Assembly: GCA_964408185.1 (NCBI GenBank)
Contig: CAYOYK010000007.1
Coordinates: 4,232 to 68,231, forward strand
Reading direction: 5' to 3'
DNA: 64,000 nt
From: an uncultured Oscillospiraceae bacterium
GTDB lineage: Bacteria; Bacillota; Clostridia; Christensenellales; Aristaeellaceae
Numbering within the stretch: the stretch's first letter is position 1; each line of letters opens with the position of its first letter. The position numbers were made by a program, and so were the translations under genes. Below, piece after piece: positions 56,047 through 61,970 of this stretch. Below the pieces are notes generated by a model. That model made no database searches, had not been told where the DNA came from, and was given only the letters and a program-made list of their open reading frames with translations.

Positions 56047-56598
56047 TCACCAGCCCGTCGTCAGAACAAGCTCGTAATGCTCGCCGTCCGCAATGGGCGT
56101 GGCGTCCGCGCCCGTGGTGAGCATCTCCCCGCTCCGGGTGACGCACCACCATTGCTGCAACGCGGTATCGGCGGTAACGCCGTTCACCGTTTGGATAAAC
56201 AGGCCGTAGGTCGAGCTTTCCCCCTGCGCAAGCCCTGTGTTTACCAGCAGCGCCCCCAGCGTCTCCTCGTCGGTGCGGTACACAAACTCCTTCGGGTCGC
56301 TCTGGCCGTCGTCCACGCTGATGGTCACGGCCTTGCTCCCGACCTGCGTCTGCGGCTTCAAAGCCAGCCACAGCCCTCCAAAGGCGAACACCAGCGCGCA
56401 CAGGATGCACAGCGCCGCGATGACGGCTCGCTTGCCGCCCGATTGACGCTTGGGGGCCTCGGCCTCCGCCGCTTTGTTTTCCGCCGCCGCGTCGGTTACG
56501 ATGGGCTCGTCCGCCTGCTTGCGTTCCGCAGGGTTGTTCTCCGTGGTGCTGTTCTCCGCAGGGTTGTTTTCCGTGTGCTTGTTCTCCATGCTCATCAT
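56047..56598 (-). CDS. DUF4430-like (transcobalamin-like) membrane-anchored binding protein
   Basis: 183 aa. Low-complexity N-terminus, one TM, then a beta-rich domain ending WWCVTRSGEML..GADATPIADGEHYELV, which is typical of DUF4430. Confidence 0.65.
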   Translation of the reverse strand: MMSMENKHTENNPAENSTTENNPAERKQADEPIVTDAAAENKAAEAEAPKRQSGGKRAVIAALCILCALVFAFGGLWLALKPQTQVGSKAVTISVDDGQSDPKEFVYRTDEETLGALLVNTGLAQGESSTYGLFIQTVNGVTADTALQQWWCVTRSGEMLTTGADATPIADGEHYELVLTTGW

Positions 56599-56619
56599 CC
56601 CTTCTCTTTGCTCGCATCA

Positions 56620-56890
56620 GAGTAAGAGAAACGCCCTCCCGCTAACGCAGGGGGGCGACGCGAAGCAGGGCCGCCGTATGGGCGAGCCTGCTGCCGGGCC
56701 TAGCCAAATCCTCGTGGCGGCCCCGCGGTTCTCCGGGTAAGTCTTCTGGCTTGCGGATCGACGCGCGCTCCCGCCTTCCCATGCCGGTGGCACAGTGGCG
56801 GCCAGTTGCCTGTTGGAGCGCGCTCCCCGCTGACAGCGACGGGTTCGCGCAGGTCTTGCACCTGCTTCCTTATTGAGCCCTTGCGGGCGC
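56620..56890 (-). promoter_or_regulatory. cobalamin (B12) riboswitch
   Basis: The minus-strand leader reads AAGGAAGCAGGTGCAAGACCTGCGCGAACCCGTCGCTGTCAGCGGGGAGCG ... GCCGCCACTGTGCC ... AAGCCAGAAGACTTACCC. These match the conserved GGAAGC-GGTG-AA-CC core, the CCCGCCACTGT-like segment and the B12 box (AGCCAGGAGACCTGCC-like). The genes downstream are of B12-uptake type. Confidence 0.6.
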
Positions 56891-56918
56891 CCGGAGCCCT
56901 TCCTTTGATTGCGGCGCA

Positions 56919-56947
56919 AGTATAGCACAGTGCGCGGCTTTTTGCAA
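56919..56947 (-). promoter_or_regulatory. sigma-A-type promoter candidate driving the riboswitch leader
   Basis: Minus strand: TTGCAA, a 17-nt spacer, then TATACT preceded by TGc. Confidence 0.5.
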
Positions 56948-57027
56948 CGGCGGCGAGGCAGGCAGGAAAAAAGGGTTCGCGGTCGAATATCAATAAATAC
57001 CCCTTTATGCGAATGAGGTGATCGTCC

Positions 57028-59169
57028 ATGATCCGACGCGGTGCGCATACCGGCAAACGCCTGACGCTTGCGCTTTTGCTGTGCCTTTGTGCGGCGCTGC
57101 TTTGCGGCTGCGCCGTTTGGGAGCTGGAGGGGGAGACGACCTCGTCCGTGCCCAACCTGTCCCTGCTCCGGCCGGGCGCGTATATCGATCAGGACGACGG
57201 CCGAGGGGACGTCGCGTCCGAGGGCGCGTACTACCGCGTGGATCTGTGGCTGGACGCGTCCCAGAACATGGGCGGCGTAAACCCAAGCGACGTATCCATT
57301 TACCCGCACCGCAACCGCAACTACCGGGAGGGCGGCTTCCACTATCAGGATGAGAAGCAAAAGCCGTGGTATGAGTCCGTGCTGATGGATTTGACGATGG
57401 CGACGGGCGATAAGCAGGTGCGCGTCCTCCGCTATGGCAACGAGGTGCTTGCGGATGATTATCTGCTGGGCGCGGGCCTTGCGGATCCGGGCGCAACGGA
57501 GGAAAAGCTGGCCTCGCTCCGCCGGGACTTGATGACCTACGCGCTTTCGCCCACGGCAGACGATTTTGCCGCGATGTCCTGCGAGGATATGTCCGTCAGC
57601 TTTTACGGGCTGGGCACGCCGATGCTCAATCAAATGGCCCGCTTTGCCGATACCGACGGCGCCGCGCTGGAAAACCCCGGCATGGTGGGGGCCATGTCCG
57701 ACGCGCTGGACGCGCAGATATCGGCGATAGCGGCGGACGAGGGTCTTCGGCGCGGCTTTTTGATCGATCACGACAGCGATGCGTATTCGTGCCCGCTGAT
57801 GTACGCCCTTCAGCAGATGGACTTTGGCCGCCTCAACATCGTGGTGGCGGACACGGCCTCTATCCGCCGCCTGAGCGGCATGGACGATCAGGGGCAAGGG
57901 ATCGCTTACTACGAGGAGCTCTTCCGCGACGCGGGGCTGATGACCGATCGCGGCCTGTCCGTGGGGCTGATGGCGCTCCGGCTGGACTACATGGGGCAGA
58001 TCAGCTCCATCTGCTCGGCGGATCTGGCCGAGCCGCTCGTTTGGGGAAAGCCGCAGCCGGATAATAGCAGCAATACCATTCAGCTTGGCGTGATGCCGCG
58101 GGAGTTGCTGGTGCTTGTCATCGGCCCGCAGGCGGACGTGGAGGCCTACATGGGCGACCTGAGCCATCGGCTTGATACGGACGAGAGTCTGCAGGGCGAG
58201 CGCGGCCCGGAGGAGAAAAAGCGCCTCGTCTACGCCCGCGACGGCCAGACGCTGTACAGCGAGCGCTTCACATTCGATTATGAAACGGCGATTCTTACCC
58301 CGCCTACGCTGGGCTACTATACGCAAAACACCCCGGACGTCGTGCTGGCCGCCTCCGACGAAAGCGAGTGGACGCGCCGCAACGGCTTGGATACCGTGGT
58401 GCTTGCGCCCGACGCGGACGGGAAGCAGGCCGACCGCACGCTGACCGTCACGCTGCCCATCCGCGCCGAGAGCTACATGCGCCTCGCGGAGCTGACCGCC
58501 GCGCAAAACGGCGATATTACCGTGCGCAGCTCGCTTACGCTGGTCGACAGCCTAGCCAACACGCCCGATAGCGCTTACCAGCCGTCGGACGACGAGCAAT
58601 GCGTCACCCTGCGGGATACCGTCTACGTCTATCGCCATGAGGAGCTGCCCTTTGAGGATTCGCCGTCCAAGTCGCCCTTTACGCTGGTCGGCCTATCGGT
58701 GGACGAGCTTGAAACGCAGCTGACGCTTACCGTTCGGGTGGACGGCGACAAGCTGGCCGAGGGCTACTATCGCCTGCAGCTCGCGGTGGATGTGCCCGGC
58801 GTGGTGACGCGCTGGCCGTCCATTCCGTGGATTGACGGCTATCTGAACAGCGATGCGGGCCTGACGGACGACGGGAGCCTCAACGCCGATGTGACCGCGG
58901 ACGACGTATATCGCTGGGAGACCTTTGCGGAGGCTGTCGCGCGCACCGAGCGCCAGCGCACCTATATTGTGGAACAGTTCCGGCACGCGTGGGGCAAGTA
59001 TAACGAGCGCCCCTACGACGGCATGGCCATCCCGGACTGCCCGCCCGTAGAGAAGCTCCTGCAGGCGCGCGATCTCATCAATCAGCTTCGCGCGGCCGCT
59101 ACGCAGGAGACGCAGCCCTATGTGCGCTTTACGCTGGATGTGTTCGCGGATAACCGCACCGAGCCGTAA
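57028..59169 (+). CDS. large extracytoplasmic lipoprotein, possible degenerate vWA-like N-terminal domain (function unknown)
   Basis: 713 aa. RBS GAGGTG. The signal peptide ends in LLCGC (lipobox-like). The strand YRVDLWLDASQNMGG resembles a vWA beta1/MIDAS segment with the last Ser replaced. I recognise no other motif. Confidence 0.7.
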   Translation: MIRRGAHTGKRLTLALLLCLCAALLCGCAVWELEGETTSSVPNLSLLRPGAYIDQDDGRGDVASEGAYYRVDLWLDASQNMGGVNPSDVSIYPHRNRNYREGGFHYQDEKQKPWYESVLMDLTMATGDKQVRVLRYGNEVLADDYLLGAGLADPGATEEKLASLRRDLMTYALSPTADDFAAMSCEDMSVSFYGLGTPMLNQMARFADTDGAALENPGMVGAMSDALDAQISAIAADEGLRRGFLIDHDSDAYSCPLMYALQQMDFGRLNIVVADTASIRRLSGMDDQGQGIAYYEELFRDAGLMTDRGLSVGLMALRLDYMGQISSICSADLAEPLVWGKPQPDNSSNTIQLGVMPRELLVLVIGPQADVEAYMGDLSHRLDTDESLQGERGPEEKKRLVYARDGQTLYSERFTFDYETAILTPPTLGYYTQNTPDVVLAASDESEWTRRNGLDTVVLAPDADGKQADRTLTVTLPIRAESYMRLAELTAAQNGDITVRSSLTLVDSLANTPDSAYQPSDDEQCVTLRDTVYVYRHEELPFEDSPSKSPFTLVGLSVDELETQLTLTVRVDGDKLAEGYYRLQLAVDVPGVVTRWPSIPWIDGYLNSDAGLTDDGSLNADVTADDVYRWETFAEAVARTERQRTYIVEQFRHAWGKYNERPYDGMAIPDCPPVEKLLQARDLINQLRAAATQETQPYVRFTLDVFADNRTEP

Positions 59170-59187
59170 GGCGGAAAGGAGCCCGCA

Positions 59188-59841
59188 TTGAGCCAGATTT
59201 CCATCAACCGTTCGTCCGACCTGCCGCAAAGGCCGAGGATCAAGTATCACAGCCGCCTGAAGGTGCTGCTGTGCTATCTGCTGTGCTGGGGGACGGCCGC
59301 GCTGCTTGTTTACGCGGCCCTGCGGTGGGTGTTTCCCTATAAGCTGGTGGGCACGTCGCCGGATATCCTGAGCAACCTGACGCAGGCGTTTCCTTTCCTG
59401 CGCAAGCCGCTGGCAGAGGCTGCCGCGACGCTGCAAACCGGGGCGCAGGCAAGCGCGGCGGCGATCGCGCGCGCCATGGCCCTGCGGGATCTGTACTGGC
59501 GGCAGTTTGTCGGCGGCTGTGTCGGCGTGGCCATGACGGTGAGCCTGCTCATCCAACTGGGCTGGCGCATGTCGTTTGTGCGCGTTCGTCACCCCAGCCG
59601 CGCCGCGCGCCGGGCGGTACGCTCGTACCATCTGCTCATGACCGTGATCGTGCTTTTGAACGCGGGCGTTGCGCTGTTTTTGTTCCTGACGGGCGTGCGG
59701 TTCATTGCGGACAGGAATGTCTGGGATTACGCGGTGTACTTTGGCGGCTTTGCGCTCACCGTCGCCGCCTCGGCCCTGTGCTTCCGGCTGGCCGCGCCGC
59801 CCACGCTGTCGGGATATCGGGCGTTCTTCAGGCGGCTGTAA
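59188..59841 (+). CDS. 4-TM membrane protein (function unknown)
   Basis: 217 aa. TTG start 6 nt after AAAGGAG and 18 nt after the lipoprotein stop. Four hydrophobic segments. Confidence 0.6.
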   Translation: MSQISINRSSDLPQRPRIKYHSRLKVLLCYLLCWGTAALLVYAALRWVFPYKLVGTSPDILSNLTQAFPFLRKPLAEAAATLQTGAQASAAAIARAMALRDLYWRQFVGGCVGVAMTVSLLIQLGWRMSFVRVRHPSRAARRAVRSYHLLMTVIVLLNAGVALFLFLTGVRFIADRNVWDYAVYFGGFALTVAASALCFRLAAPPTLSGYRAFFRRL

Positions 59842-59867
59842 TCATCCATCAGAAAGGGGGCCGCGCC

Positions 59868-61970
59868 ATGGGCTGCTATGTGATCGCCGTCGGCGGCACG
59901 GGCAACAAGGTCATGGAGAGCATCGTGTACGGCGCTTGCGCCGATGCTTTTTATTCCATGGACGAGGAGGGCCGCCGCGTGCCCGTGCCGGAGATCCACC
60001 TGCTGGCGGTGGATGTGGACGCGGCCTGCGGCAACACCACGCGCGCGCGGCAGGCCTGCGAGCAGTACGAGGCCGTTCGCGCGGCGCTCCGACGTGCGGA
60101 GGCGGACGCGCAGGGCTTCCATACCCGCCTGATCGTGGATAAATGGAACATGAACCTCTCCCGCCGCGCCACCAGCGTGGAGCAGCAGGTTCGCAATCAC
60201 AAGAAGGATCAGCTCCTCGCGCGCACGCTCTTTAACAAGACCGAGGCGTCGCTGGAATACTCCGAGGGCTTTCGGGGGCATCCCGACCTCGGCATATTGT
60301 TCTTTTCCGAGCTGCTTAACGGCGTGGACGCCGCCGCGGCCGCCGGTCAGCCCGATGAAATGGCGGACTTTATGGCGCGCATCGAGCGGGATATGGAGCG
60401 CGGCGAGACAGCGTCCGTCGTGCTGTGCGGGTCGATTTTTGGCGGCACGGGCGCGAGCGGCATCCCGGCCATCTCGCAGTTCCTGCGCGAGCGCTTTCGT
60501 TCCTACGGGCCCAAGCTCGTGCTTGCCGCAACGCTGATGCTGCCCTACTACAAGGTGCCGCCCTCCGCGCAGAACGAGGAGCTGGAGATCGTCGTCAAGA
60601 GCTCTGCGTTCCTTGATAAAGCGCGCACCGCCCTTTCGTACTATGGCATGGAGGGCATGATCCGTCAGGACGAGAACGATCAGAACGGCGTGTATGACGC
60701 GATCTACCTCTTGGGCATGCCGCAGGAGGCCTTTGTGACCACGCGCCTGTACTCCACCGGCTCGCAAAGTCAGGAGAACGACGCGCATATTCTGGAGTGG
60801 CTGGCAATGCGCTGCGTGGCCCGGTTTTTCCGCACGGGCTTTCGCGGCGCGCAGAGCCATCAGATCGATTGCTACTACTACCAAATGCACGAGCGCGCGT
60901 TTTCGTGGGACAGCTTTGACGACGAGGCGGAGCTGTACCGCACGGGCTTTGGCGGCCTGATGAAGGCCGGGGCGACCTACGTGAGCGAGTGCTACCCCTA
61001 CCTGCGCGGTCGCATCAAGGGCGATGTGCGGGGCCGCCGCAATTTGGTCAACTACGATACCGCGTATTTCAGCTGCCTGCGCAGCCTCACCGTCGCGCAG
61101 CGCGCCACCCTCGAAAAGAGCATGGATTCCCTCTACCGCCTGCTCGTGTTCTATTGCAACTGGATGTGCCAGATCCTGCGGACGCTGCCGCCCAACCTGC
61201 GCAAGGTCAGCCCGGCCGAGCAGCGCCGGCAGGAGGCTGTGGAGAACTACGCACGCCTTTGCGAGCAAGCCGCCGCCTGCGCTCTGGCCGATCCGGCCGA
61301 TCGTCTGGCCGCCGCGCAGGGCGAGCTGGTTCTGCGCGCGCTGGAAAGCAAGCAGGAGGCCTACGCGCGCGAGCTGGGCGGCCTTGCCCAGCTGGAGATC
61401 CTTCAGAACGCGCGCACGCGGCTGGAGGGCCGGGCAGTCCAGCAGCGCATGGCCATCGAGGCGCTGCAACGCCGGATCGAGCAGGGCTTGGACGAGGACG
61501 GTGGCGCGCTGGACGAGCAGTCGCTTGTAATGGAAAACCGCCGCTTGGACGGCATGCGGGACGCGCTTGCCCGCGTGGCCAAGCAGGCCGAGCGCGTCGC
61601 CGAGGATGTCCGCGCCGCCGTTACGGACGATATTGCCGCCCGCTATCCCGCGCCCAAGCAGGAGAAAGCCGCGCTGCTGCCGGAGAACGAGCTGTTTGAC
61701 GCGCGGCTCGCATCCCAGCTTTACGAGTTGCTGCGCATCAGCGGCCAGCCGCGCGAGGAGCGCAACCTGCGCCGCTACGAGCTGCTGTGCGATTCCATCC
61801 AGGCGGGCATGGGCCGGCTGATTGTCCACCGCGTGCCGGATACGGTCGCAATGTCGCAAATTGTCGCCGGGCTGGGCGGCGGGCGCTATCAGGGCGCGGA
61901 CCCGCAGGCGGCGGTCGGCACATTCTTCGCGCAGCTTTTGGGCGCGGTGCTGGAGGAGGATTCCCTATGA
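59868..61970 (+). CDS. divergent tubulin/FtsZ-superfamily-like GTPase with C-terminal coiled coil
   Basis: Internal ATG at 59868 (RBS AGAAAGGGGG) of ORF 59778-61970. YVIAVGGTGNKV at the N-terminus. GFRGHPDLGILFF. VVLCGSIFGGTGASGIP (nt 60441-60461 encode GGTGASG; compare the tubulin/FtsZ signature GGGTG[ST]G). About 150 aa of Ala/Arg/Glu/Gln/Leu-rich helical sequence near the C-terminus. Confidence 0.7.
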   Translation: MGCYVIAVGGTGNKVMESIVYGACADAFYSMDEEGRRVPVPEIHLLAVDVDAACGNTTRARQACEQYEAVRAALRRAEADAQGFHTRLIVDKWNMNLSRRATSVEQQVRNHKKDQLLARTLFNKTEASLEYSEGFRGHPDLGILFFSELLNGVDAAAAAGQPDEMADFMARIERDMERGETASVVLCGSIFGGTGASGIPAISQFLRERFRSYGPKLVLAATLMLPYYKVPPSAQNEELEIVVKSSAFLDKARTALSYYGMEGMIRQDENDQNGVYDAIYLLGMPQEAFVTTRLYSTGSQSQENDAHILEWLAMRCVARFFRTGFRGAQSHQIDCYYYQMHERAFSWDSFDDEAELYRTGFGGLMKAGATYVSECYPYLRGRIKGDVRGRRNLVNYDTAYFSCLRSLTVAQRATLEKSMDSLYRLLVFYCNWMCQILRTLPPNLRKVSPAEQRRQEAVENYARLCEQAAACALADPADRLAAAQGELVLRALESKQEAYARELGGLAQLEILQNARTRLEGRAVQQRMAIEALQRRIEQGLDEDGGALDEQSLVMENRRLDGMRDALARVAKQAERVAEDVRAAVTDDIAARYPAPKQEKAALLPENELFDARLASQLYELLRISGQPREERNLRRYELLCDSIQAGMGRLIVHRVPDTVAMSQIVAGLGGGRYQGADPQAAVGTFFAQLLGAVLEEDSL

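Noticed and set aside
56617-61859. Minus-strand ORFs 56617-58506 (629 aa) and 59727-61859 (710 aa) opposite the tubulin-like operon.
   Set aside because: The plus-strand genes have RBSs, coupled junctions, a signal peptide, TM segments and glycine-loop motifs. The minus-strand products are Arg/Ala/Gly/His-rich. The first would also run through the riboswitch leader.
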